A DNA stretch of 40,933 nt from a virus (taxonomy: Duplodnaviria > Caudoviricetes). Below, one piece after another: positions 8,043 to 16,789 of the stretch (position 1 is the stretch's first letter; each line of letters opens with the position of its first letter). The notes beneath the pieces are model-generated. The model worked only from the letters and a program-made list of their open reading frames with translations, searched no databases and was not told the origin of the DNA. The stretch is taken from positions 1-40,933 of the IMG/VR virus record IMGVR_UViG_3300005805_000173. One strand, 5' to 3'. Position numbers and translations under genes: made by a program.

Positions 8043-8288
8043 TTACTCGGACTTGTCGGCTTTGTTGTTCATATCTTCCATGCGAGCCCGCTTGCGCATA
8101 CGAGCCAGTGCCTGACCGCGGGCACGACGTCGTAACTCGCTGGGCTTCACATAGAATTCCTTCTTTTTCAGATCCTGCAGAACCCCTTCGTTCTGCATCT
8201 TCTTCTTGAGCTTGCGCAGAGCACGCTCAAGATCACCATTCTGGACTTCCACCACAATGCCTTGTGGGATGCCATTCTTGTCTCTCAT
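8043..8288 (-). CDS. rpsU: ribosomal protein bS21
   Basis: VEVQNGDLERALRKLKKK...LKKKEFYVKPSELRRR, the bS21 signature. Confidence 0.9.
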   Translation of the reverse strand: MRDKNGIPQGIVVEVQNGDLERALRKLKKKMQNEGVLQDLKKKEFYVKPSELRRRARGQALARMRKRARMEDMNNKADKSE

Positions 8289-9526
8289 TTTGCTTTTATC
8301 ACCTTGGTTGATTTAGACTGCTTATAATACATGACAGGATCGGCATCACTGGCAAACACTTCAGCAGTGAATTGGATCCTGTCAATCTTTTGTTGTTTGT
8401 ATCTGGGAATTGCAAACAGATGTGGTATCAGTTTGTATTCCAGTATGCTACGCAGCGCACGAGCACCGGTTTTCATACCAATGGCTTGCTGAGCAACATA
8501 ATCCAACGCATCGGCAGTGAATTCAATGCCGATGCCATCAGTTTCAAAATAAAATCTGTACTGCTCTATCAGATTGTGTTTGGTATTGGTTAGTACCTCT
8601 ACCAGATCCTGAACACTCAGTGCCTGAGTATGCACTGTGACTGGGAATCTGCCCACAAATTCTGGTATCATGCCAAACTTGATCAGATCTTCATTGGTTG
8701 CACCTGAGGTGTCGGTTTTGATTTCCACAGTCTTATCAAACCCAATGCGATTCTCACGATGGCGGCGGTTTACAATTTCCTGCAAGCCCACAAAAGCGCC
8801 ACTGGCTATGAACAGTATACCGCCAGTGTCAATATCCACTGTGCTGTTGCCCGGATGCTTCTTGCCGTTTTCAGCCGGCACTGTGACCACAGCACCTTCC
8901 ACCAGCTTGAGCAGAGCCTGTTGCACACCTTCACCACTGATATCACGATTGGCGCTGGAATGCTCGTTTTTCTTGCCAATCTTGTCCACCTCATCCAGAA
9001 ACACTATGCCACGTTGTGTGCGTTCCACATTGCCGTCGGCTGCTGCTAGCAATCGGCTGATTACTGATTCTACGTCTTCGCCCACATAACCAGTTTCAGT
9101 CAGGCTGGTTGCATCGGCTATCACAAAAGGCACATCCAGGAACTCTGCGATAGTTTTAGCTAACAGTGTTTTACCGCTGCCTGTGGGTCCCAACATCAAA
9201 ATGTTACTCTTTTCAATCCTGACTGCTGAACTGTAGAACAATCTCTTGTAGTGATTGGCTACTCCCACACTCAGCGTCATTTTGGCAGCTTCCTGACCAA
9301 TCACATGCTGGTCCAGATACTGTTTGATTTTCATGGGATTGGTATGTTTGACGGCTCGCTTGCTTTTTTTGATCTCGGCATTTTGTTGCTCAGTGAGCAG
9401 ATTTTTGCATTTGATCACGCACTCATCACATATAGCATGTGAACCACCTATGATCAGCTTGTTGACTTCGTTGCGGGATTTATCACAGAAGCCACAAAAG
9501 TTTGGGATGGACGAGTCTTTGTTCAT
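8285..9526 (-). CDS. clpX: Clp protease ATP-binding subunit ClpX
   Basis: C4 zinc finger CGFC..ICDEC, Walker A GPTGSGKT, GYVGEDVE pore loop, Walker B FLDEVDK, IGF loop, GARALR; start 9526 or 9541. Confidence 0.97.
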   Translation of the reverse strand: MNKDSSIPNFCGFCDKSRNEVNKLIIGGSHAICDECVIKCKNLLTEQQNAEIKKSKRAVKHTNPMKIKQYLDQHVIGQEAAKMTLSVGVANHYKRLFYSSAVRIEKSNILMLGPTGSGKTLLAKTIAEFLDVPFVIADATSLTETGYVGEDVESVISRLLAAADGNVERTQRGIVFLDEVDKIGKKNEHSSANRDISGEGVQQALLKLVEGAVVTVPAENGKKHPGNSTVDIDTGGILFIASGAFVGLQEIVNRRHRENRIGFDKTVEIKTDTSGATNEDLIKFGMIPEFVGRFPVTVHTQALSVQDLVEVLTNTKHNLIEQYRFYFETDGIGIEFTADALDYVAQQAIGMKTGARALRSILEYKLIPHLFAIPRYKQQKIDRIQFTAEVFASDADPVMYYKQSKSTKVIKAK

Positions 9527-9557
9527 GCTGTTATTTAACATAATCCATCAGGTTATT

Positions 9558-10217
9558 TCATTTTCCCAACACATTTTCCTTTTTCAGATACTTTTTGACC
9601 TGACTGAGTTGCTGGGTGTTTAGATCATCCATTTCAATGATACCGTTGACCAGCTGTTCTATCAGTTGTTCCACACTGAGATCTTCATTGTAAACCACCC
9701 AGTTTTTGCCATTGTAGCGATACATAGTGTTGGGAGTCATATCCACTCGCAGAAACTGATCACCAGTTTTGGGTTTGGTTGGAAATGCGGTGCCAAACCG
9801 GGTACTAACTGGGGCATCATTGATCAGGATGTCAGATTCTGATATCAATGCTTCCAGCTTCTGGATCAACGGATTGTCTGTGTATACAATCTTTTCCACT
9901 TCCACAATTCGCTCTGGTCCAGGAATTTCTTTGATAACCTCAACTTCTTTGATGACGTCAACTGGTACCTCTTTGATGATTTCTACCGGTACTTCCCTGA
10001 TGACTTCCACTTCTACTGGTACTTCCCTGATGACTTCTATTTCTTTGATGACTTCAACTGGTACCTCTTTGATGATCTCTACAGGTACTTCCCTAATAAC
10101 TTCCACTTCTACTGGTACCTCTTTGATAACTTCAACTGGTACCTCTTTGATAACTTCTATAGTTTGCGGAGCAGCTGACTCAGGCGATTCCGCCAAGTGG
10201 TCTGCTCCGGTTGCACA
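9558..10217 (-). CDS. C-terminal extension (EVPVEVIKE repeats + globular tail), probably reached by -1 frameshift from upstream ORF
   Basis: Open -1 frame through the slippery site; the first usable start codon is an upstream TTG buried in a hairpin; ~70 aa of VPV/VIKE repeats. Confidence 0.65.
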   Translation of the reverse strand, partial: CATGADHLAESPESAAPQTIEVIKEVPVEVIKEVPVEVEVIREVPVEIIKEVPVEVIKEIEVIREVPVEVEVIREVPVEIIKEVPVDVIKEVEVIKEIPGPERIVEVEKIVYTDNPLIQKLEALISESDILINDAPVSTRFGTAFPTKPKTGDQFLRVDMTPNTMYRYNGKNWVVYNEDLSVEQLIEQLVNGIIEMDDLNTQQLSQVKKYLKKENVLGK

Positions 10218-11017
10218 AAAGGGACAGGTTCCTGGCTGACCTCCTGGGTGATTTCAACTTCTTGCTCATCCAGTTCCAGTTTGCGATTTACTGCCAACAT
10301 CAATGCCAAAGCCAGGGGGTCAAACACAGCAACCAACACTATGATTACCCAGCGAACAGCACTCTCCAGTACATCAGCGCCAGCCTGGTCACCATAGATC
10401 AGTGCAGCAATATATTTGACTGGTCCCACTTCGGCTTCCACCTGCCTGACTTTTGCTGCAATAGGTGCTCGCTGAGCTTGTAGATCCTGGATACGACGTT
10501 GAGCTAGTTCGTTGTCCTTCTGCAATTTGGATCGTTCAGCTGATTGACTGCGACGTATTTGCACTGCTCGTTCAGCACCACGTTCATCCCGACTGCGACC
10601 CAATATCTCAGTGACACTGTTGTCCATCTGAGTTAACACCAGTTTGTTGGCAGCAATGTTGTCACGTTCGGTTTTGATTTTTTCATCAATCAGAGCAACC
10701 TCAGCCTGCACGTCAGCAGTAGGCACTGCCTGATCCAGGTGAGCTTTGCTTAGAAATCCAAAAATACCCATACTAGTGATCAGCATCAACACCACCATGC
10801 TGATCACCAGATAAATTTTCATTATGGCACCCACACGGGCCCAATTTTTTCTCAACCAGATAGTGGTTACAACTTTGCCCACTTCCAATGCGGTGCCCAT
10901 GATAATAATGGGCACCTTGGCAGCGGCAAATATTGCAGTTAAACCACTTACACTGTAAAAAGCACTTACTGAACTAATCAACAGTGCAATCAATAAAGCT
11001 GCATAATCAAGCATCAT
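10157..11017 (-). CDS. multi-TM membrane protein with coiled-coil region
   Basis: Three N-terminal TMs, long coiled coil, fourth TM (WVIIVLVAVFDPLAL); start 11017 follows stop of previous gene at 11022. Confidence 0.8.
   Translation of the reverse strand: MMLDYAALLIALLISSVSAFYSVSGLTAIFAAAKVPIIIMGTALEVGKVVTTIWLRKNWARVGAIMKIYLVISMVVLMLITSMGIFGFLSKAHLDQAVPTADVQAEVALIDEKIKTERDNIAANKLVLTQMDNSVTEILGRSRDERGAERAVQIRRSQSAERSKLQKDNELAQRRIQDLQAQRAPIAAKVRQVEAEVGPVKYIAALIYGDQAGADVLESAVRWVIIVLVAVFDPLALALMLAVNRKLELDEQEVEITQEVSQEPVPFVQPEQTTWRNRLSQLLRKL
10167..10223 (-). other. candidate programmed -1 ribosomal frameshift signal
   Basis: In-frame C_CCU_UUU heptamer (10223-10217), 7-nt spacer, stem-loop CGGAGCAG...CUGCUCCG with inner GGCG/CGCC stem. 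Confidence 0.65.
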
Positions 11018-11021
11018 AGTT

Positions 11022-14000
11022 TTAATAGGGGTCAAACAGGATCATGTGATCGTTGTGTTTGGTCGTTGCGCTCCAATTTATACTTCCGGTACTGTAGGTT
11101 ATTGTATAAGTGGTGGTTTTGTAGTATTCATTACTGTCAGTAGTGCCTCTGATTGCAACAGTATCACCATTATTAATTGTGGTACTGGTTCCCACATTGC
11201 TTCCATTTTTAAATATCACTGCTGTAGCATCACCATTGTCATTGGTTAGTGTAATGGTTATGGGCAAGTCAAAATCACTGGCTGTTAGAGTATTGCTGGT
11301 TACTACTTCTGATAGTTGACGATCTCGGACATCAATAAAGTCTCCTGGAGTCCATACAACACCAGTTCTGGCAGCTCGAGTAACGTATCTAAAAGTATCA
11401 GATACTACCGAGGGACCTGCAATCAGTGTAACTGTAAATATTCTGACAGAACTATATGCACCAGAACTAGTGGCCCGAATAGCAACACTTTGTCCTGGTA
11501 CCACCACAGTGGTGGATAATCCTGTATCTACACCATTAAGCACTATGGTTGCACTGTTATCCACAGTTAGGGTAGCACTACTCCCTTCAAAACTCAATGC
11601 TATGGTATTGGTGTTTATGGTCTGATTTATTTCTAAACCAGTACGATCTTCAAAATCCGGTGTAATTAATACTGGTGGTCTGGTAGCTAAAGTAAAGCTA
11701 TCAACTACTCCTGTTCCCAGCGTTACTCGATAAGTGTGTGTGGTAAAAAATGTTGATGGAGATGTAAGGCGGCATTTGATTTTATTGCCTAAGTATACAA
11801 AACTACTGTATCCAGTCAGTACATATCCTGCTCCAGAATCTATCAATAAATTTCCAGCAGGTCCATATGTTCCATTGACCAATTGCTCCAGTTTAACTGG
11901 AACTCCTGCACAACTGGAGATGCCACTTACTGTTATATCATTGGTTTCAACTGTGGTGCTGACTTCCAGACCCGATTGATTTGCAAAATCAAAAGCATCA
12001 GCAACTATGTCATTGGCAGCAACTCTGACAGTAAATGTGTCTTCTACTACATCATATCCGCCACCAGGACCATCTGGAAACCCTGGTGGAGAACATCTGG
12101 CACGGAACCTGACAACAGTCTGAGCGCCATTATTGCCACAAGGAGTACGAATGATAGGAGTTATAATGTCACCAGGCAATACTCCCACTCGAAGTGAATT
12201 GGGAGTATGGGGCAGAGTGCTGGGTATCAAAAATGTAGAGGTAGTAGCTCCACGAGTTCTTCGCATGCCTACCACATACAGATTATCATAATACTGTGGA
12301 GAGGTTGGTGATCCAGGAGGATCTAGAAACCAATTATCAGCAAACAGCGCCATGTTCCATTCACCCAAAAACGATCCAGTAACGGCGGATGCTGAGGCAT
12401 CTAGTTGTGTATCTGCTGCCTGTAATCCCAAATCTGGAAAGGAAAAACTGGGTGATACTATAATTGGACCAGTATTAACTGTGATGCTTACCTGTCCAAA
12501 GTTGCTAACACCATTGGGTCCCTCTACCTGATAAGTAACTGCATCACCACCACTGAAGTTAGCTGGAGGTGTATACCGATATTCCAGCGGGTTGGATGTG
12601 CCGGCTGATACAAAGGTGCCACCAGCAGCACGAGTGGGGCTGACATATTTTACTCGTGTAAAGGTACCACTGGTCACCACCAAAGTCACTGGATTATTTG
12701 AGCTGTTTTTGTCAACTGTGATGGCAAAACTGCTGACAACTGGCGGAGGTGGTGGAGGAGGTGGCGGAGCAGGACTGGGCGTAACCCTGATGATTATCTG
12801 GCCAAATTGGCTGGTGCCGTGAGGACCACGAACCGAATAGGTAACAGAATCACCACCCACATAACCAGCAAGCGGTGTATAGTAATACTGTAATGGATTG
12901 CTGGTGCCAGCAAGCACAAAGGTACTGCCAACAACATAGGTGGGGCTGATAGAATTCACCACAGTGTAGTCACCAGTGACTGGCAATGTTACCAGATTGT
13001 TGGTGCTGTTTTCCACCACTGAAATGGTTAAATCTCCAGCAATGGGTGCTGCGCCAGGTTCACCAGGTGGCGGGGGTGGTGGTTCTGGTTGATCTGGGTT
13101 TCTAGAAGCTCTGTCAAAATTCACCAGGAATATACACACAGTCTGACCCTGAGCGTTAACTGAGCTGCTTATGGGAGTCACACTGTTGACTTTATAATAA
13201 GTCGCAGGTGGATAACCGTATTGTATTGGATTGGCTGTGGTGATTTCACCAAACTGAGTGATGTTGGAAACCTGCGCTGACAGATTGGTTTCCAGAGTAT
13301 ATTGACCTGGACTGGATCCATAGCTTAGACCACTGGGTATGCCAGTGTCCTGATAGGCCAACGGAGCACAATTGGTGACTGGTGTGACTGGTGGGGGTGG
13401 CGAAGTTACCTGAGCAGGACCTGGAGGTGTTCCACCAGGCACTGGAGTATCCAGTGGTATCCATCCGATTGGAAATCCTAAATTTTGATAATATCGAGGA
13501 GTTCCGCTGGCATCATATGCTAATATGACAGCACCCACTGCATAGTCAAAACTATTATAGTCACCTATGAATCTGGGAGCAGGCGCTGGACCAGTGGGAT
13601 TGGCCGGAGCAATAGGCCCAGTAATATCCGAAGGACCAGTAGGCGAAGACGGAGGTGTCGTAATCTCAGTCCATCCAAACTGTGTTGACTGATAGAACCT
13701 CACTACGCCGTCAGCACCAGTGGCTGTGACCACTGTGCCCACTGGTAAACTTTGAGTATCATAATAGCTCAACGGCGGTGGAGCACTGCTGGTGGGTTGC
13801 GGCGGTGCAACCACTGGTGCAGGCTGAACTGGTGCAGGCGGAGGCTGATAGGTATTGGGATCTTCAGTGGGCCCAATTGGGTCTATAGGTACTACATTTC
13901 CGCCACCATCAATAATTTGCCCATCTACGCCAGACCCCACTGGTTCAATCACTGGTTCAATCACTGGTTCCACTATGATCTCTATGGGCTCTTCAGGTGG

Positions 14001-14390
14001 ATTGACTATGATCTCTATAGGCTGTTCTATTACTGGATTAACCTCTTCAGGAGGCGGAGGTTGATATATACTGGGATTTTCAACATTTCCAACAGGATCA
14101 ACAATAATTTCACCACCAGTGTTATCAATGATCTGATTTTCCACACCAGAATACACTGGCTCCGGTAGAGCCACTGGTTCAGGCGGAGGTTCAGGTGTCG
14201 GCTCTGGCTCAGGCGGATAACTGATTATTTCCACTGGCTCTGGTATTACCGGCGGGTCAGGCGGAGGTTCAGGTGGTTGATAAACACTAGCGGTATCCTC
14301 AATGGGAGGCTGTCCAGTATTCTGGTCTGGTAGTGGAAACCCACTATCATAAATCTCATTCTGAGCCGCGTATAAATCTCTTTCGTCCAT
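11022..14390 (-). CDS. large Pro-rich virion/adhesin-like protein with Ig-like repeats
   Basis: 1122 aa; Pro/Glu-rich N-terminus, two related ~80 aa Ig/cadherin-like repeats (YTPxxxxxGGDxVTY), three beta-rich C-terminal repeats. Confidence 0.7.
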   Translation of the reverse strand: MDERDLYAAQNEIYDSGFPLPDQNTGQPPIEDTASVYQPPEPPPDPPVIPEPVEIISYPPEPEPTPEPPPEPVALPEPVYSGVENQIIDNTGGEIIVDPVGNVENPSIYQPPPPEEVNPVIEQPIEIIVNPPEEPIEIIVEPVIEPVIEPVGSGVDGQIIDGGGNVVPIDPIGPTEDPNTYQPPPAPVQPAPVVAPPQPTSSAPPPLSYYDTQSLPVGTVVTATGADGVVRFYQSTQFGWTEITTPPSSPTGPSDITGPIAPANPTGPAPAPRFIGDYNSFDYAVGAVILAYDASGTPRYYQNLGFPIGWIPLDTPVPGGTPPGPAQVTSPPPPVTPVTNCAPLAYQDTGIPSGLSYGSSPGQYTLETNLSAQVSNITQFGEITTANPIQYGYPPATYYKVNSVTPISSSVNAQGQTVCIFLVNFDRASRNPDQPEPPPPPPGEPGAAPIAGDLTISVVENSTNNLVTLPVTGDYTVVNSISPTYVVGSTFVLAGTSNPLQYYYTPLAGYVGGDSVTYSVRGPHGTSQFGQIIIRVTPSPAPPPPPPPPPVVSSFAITVDKNSSNNPVTLVVTSGTFTRVKYVSPTRAAGGTFVSAGTSNPLEYRYTPPANFSGGDAVTYQVEGPNGVSNFGQVSITVNTGPIIVSPSFSFPDLGLQAADTQLDASASAVTGSFLGEWNMALFADNWFLDPPGSPTSPQYYDNLYVVGMRRTRGATTSTFLIPSTLPHTPNSLRVGVLPGDIITPIIRTPCGNNGAQTVVRFRARCSPPGFPDGPGGGYDVVEDTFTVRVAANDIVADAFDFANQSGLEVSTTVETNDITVSGISSCAGVPVKLEQLVNGTYGPAGNLLIDSGAGYVLTGYSSFVYLGNKIKCRLTSPSTFFTTHTYRVTLGTGVVDSFTLATRPPVLITPDFEDRTGLEINQTINTNTIALSFEGSSATLTVDNSATIVLNGVDTGLSTTVVVPGQSVAIRATSSGAYSSVRIFTVTLIAGPSVVSDTFRYVTRAARTGVVWTPGDFIDVRDRQLSEVVTSNTLTASDFDLPITITLTNDNGDATAVIFKNGSNVGTSTTINNGDTVAIRGTTDSNEYYKTTTYTITYSTGSINWSATTKHNDHMILFDPY

Positions 14391-14391
14391 A

Positions 14392-15834
14392 TTAGTAACT
14401 CACATAGGTTGCAAGAATAAAAGCAGAGCTAGCAGGTGGTGTAGATGGCCGCATCAGTGAAACCACAGCAACACCGCGAGTACCATTATTTAAGTTGGGT
14501 GCTACACCATTGGGCCAGTACACATCTGAACTCCATCCAACACCATGCAGATTGGTTCCCACCAGTATTAATCGAATAATTTGACCAGTCTGGTTAAAGT
14601 TAGTGATATTGATGCTTACTGCTCCAGTGAGATTGATCTGATGATTGTTAAAGCTACCATCAATGGTCACTGTGCCTGAGGTGGTTGCATTAACCTGTAC
14701 TGCACTACGCACAGCACCAGTAACATCCAGTGCGGTCTGTGGACTGGTGTTCTTGATACCTACGTTACCACCAGCAGCAGCGTAGATCATGTTGGCTGTA
14801 CTGGATGTTCCAGCAGTAAATCCCTGGCTGGCGTTAAGCTGCCCAGTCATAGTGCCACCAGAAAGTTTCAAGCGCTCAGTATCCAGTGTTGTGGTAATAG
14901 TGATGTCACTGGTGCCGTTAAAGCTAGCACTTCCTGACAAATTTCCAGCTATGGTAATGGTTCTGGCAGTGGCCAACGCTGTTGCTGTGGCTGCCAATGT
15001 GGCACTGGCCACAGCGCCCACTACATTGGCACCAGTCAAACTGCTGATTGCAGCACCATTGCCGCTGAGGTTGGCGTTGATGGTGTGAGCAGTGATGTTG
15101 GCTGAGCTTACGATGTTGGCAGTGATATTGTTGTCAACACTGGTTCTCATAAAGGCAGCAGCGCCAATGCCACCCAATGCATCAGAGTTGGTGGCTGTTC
15201 CAGCAAACTTAGCACCAGTTAACGCAGTGCTCAAATTCACACCAGGCTTTATGGTACCAAAACCCGGATACCCTGGTGTTGCGTTGGAGTCATACTGGCT
15301 GTCATTGCTGATTACAGCAACTCGATCACCCACTCCGTTGCCATCATTGTCAATGTAGAAAGTCAACACGGTATGCGGATTGTTGCCAGTGTCGTATATG
15401 GTTTCAGCAATCAACTGAGTTTGCCCCATGCTGTATGGCGCAACTGGGCCAATTAAACGAAAAGAAGAACCCTGGTAAACATAAACCTGCCCATCAGTGG
15501 TTTTGTACCACAAATCACCCGAACTGACATCTGTGCTGGGTGTGGCAGACGATTTGTTATAGGTAGCCAGTCCTTGCCAGGTGTTGGCTGTTCTCAAATT
15601 GAGTTGAGAGGTTGAACTGTTATACCAGAGCTGACCGGTTAATGCTGTCCCTGGTGAAGGTGCCGAAACATTACTGAAATTTTCCAGCAATTTAACAAAA
15701 TTTTCGTTCTGTCTTTCACCATATGTGCTGACGTTGCGTCCAATCAAAACCAGATTACAAGCAGTATCATTAACTGTTCCATCAGCCACTGTGGCTAGTT
15801 CAGCGCCATTAGTTTTATTAATTGTATAGGGCAT
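14392..15834 (-). CDS. tail fibre/baseplate-associated structural protein
   Basis: N-terminal LIGRNxxxYGExxNENFVKLLENF and GQLWY/GDLWY motifs typical of large-phage tail proteins; SD and TAAATA (15853-15858) upstream. Confidence 0.7.
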   Translation of the reverse strand: MPYTINKTNGAELATVADGTVNDTACNLVLIGRNVSTYGERQNENFVKLLENFSNVSAPSPGTALTGQLWYNSSTSQLNLRTANTWQGLATYNKSSATPSTDVSSGDLWYKTTDGQVYVYQGSSFRLIGPVAPYSMGQTQLIAETIYDTGNNPHTVLTFYIDNDGNGVGDRVAVISNDSQYDSNATPGYPGFGTIKPGVNLSTALTGAKFAGTATNSDALGGIGAAAFMRTSVDNNITANIVSSANITAHTINANLSGNGAAISSLTGANVVGAVASATLAATATALATARTITIAGNLSGSASFNGTSDITITTTLDTERLKLSGGTMTGQLNASQGFTAGTSSTANMIYAAAGGNVGIKNTSPQTALDVTGAVRSAVQVNATTSGTVTIDGSFNNHQINLTGAVSINITNFNQTGQIIRLILVGTNLHGVGWSSDVYWPNGVAPNLNNGTRGVAVVSLMRPSTPPASSAFILATYVSY

Positions 15835-15896
15835 TTCAAATCCTCTTCTAGTTATTTATGACAGAAGCGATCTGAAACGCCCTTAATATAAAAGGT

Positions 15897-16100
15897 CTAG
15901 ATTATATTTCGTTCTCGGCGATACTGATTGTGAAACTCCACAAACAACTGATCTTGCTCGCTCAACGCCCAGTTGTTTAGCCAGTTCCGAGCCTCAATGT
16001 CCTCCCGCCATTCATGTAAAAAATCATCAAGTCTGTGGCTGGGTCCGTATGCTTCAATGGCCCGCTGCACTTCGTGTGGTAGTTTATCGTATTTGGGCAT
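15897..16100 (-). CDS. hypothetical protein
   Basis: 67 aa ORF directly after TAAATA (16109-16114). Confidence 0.55.
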   Translation of the reverse strand: MPKYDKLPHEVQRAIEAYGPSHRLDDFLHEWREDIEARNWLNNWALSEQDQLFVEFHNQYRRERNII

Positions 16101-16143
16101 ATTGTGTTTATTTATGGTGTTCCTCCAGAAGCAGCTAAAACAG

Positions 16144-16668
16144 CTAGAAAATAATCACTATAAACACCACATTGATCAGCAAGCCAAAGAAAATCAGCAC
16201 AGTTCCCATTAAGCCACGACCATCACGAGTTTCAAACCGCACTGGCTCTTCAAATACATGCTGCCGTTTGCCATCCACATAGCGTTTGACCCAACGCCCC
16301 AGAAACAACCGGCGTACAAAATAAAACCAGATGGTCAGCAGCATCAGATACAGGGGGATACCAATCACTACATGCAATAGGTCTCGACCCAGGATTTTCC
16401 AGGCAATCATGGCCATGGTAAAATGACCCACTGGGGTGTTGGCGAATTTGTTGCTAACGTCCACCACACTTTCCAGGCCATTTTTCACAGCCTCACCAAT
16501 CTCCTTGCCGATGCCAATGTAATGGCTGACCTGAGTCTGAGTCTGAGCCTGATTCAGATGCTCGGCGTTCACGTATTTCTTGGGTACCGTAACCAATTCA
16601 TCAGGGTTGGACGGCACTTGCGCCAACAACCCTAAACCAGCAACCAACGACAAAATCAACAGTTTCAC
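16144..16668 (-). CDS. membrane protein with signal peptide
   Basis: SD AAGGAG, GTG start, signal-like N-terminus, 2-3 TMs. Confidence 0.7.
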   Translation of the reverse strand: MKLLILSLVAGLGLLAQVPSNPDELVTVPKKYVNAEHLNQAQTQTQVSHYIGIGKEIGEAVKNGLESVVDVSNKFANTPVGHFTMAMIAWKILGRDLLHVVIGIPLYLMLLTIWFYFVRRLFLGRWVKRYVDGKRQHVFEEPVRFETRDGRGLMGTVLIFFGLLINVVFIVIIF

Positions 16669-16695
16669 AATGGTCTCCTTGTGGTAAATTATGGT

Positions 16696-16779
16696 TTATC
16701 GATTCAGATGCTTTGACACCAGATATCCTGCTCCGACAGCCAGTACAAAATACCCAACAATGATTAGCAATTGGTCCAT
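16696..16779 (-). CDS. 27-aa single-TM microprotein
   Basis: MDQLLIIVGYFVLAVGAGYLVSKHLNR preceded by strong SD AAGGAGG. Confidence 0.6.
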   Translation of the reverse strand: MDQLLIIVGYFVLAVGAGYLVSKHLNR

Positions 16780-16789
16780 GTGACCTCCT

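Noticed and set aside
655-9526. Bacterial chromosome origin of the clp/rpsU/hsp20 block
   Set aside because: Gene order is not the bacterial tig-clpP-clpX-lon arrangement, and the block shares phage promoter motifs and an FxLRW paralog with the rest of the window.
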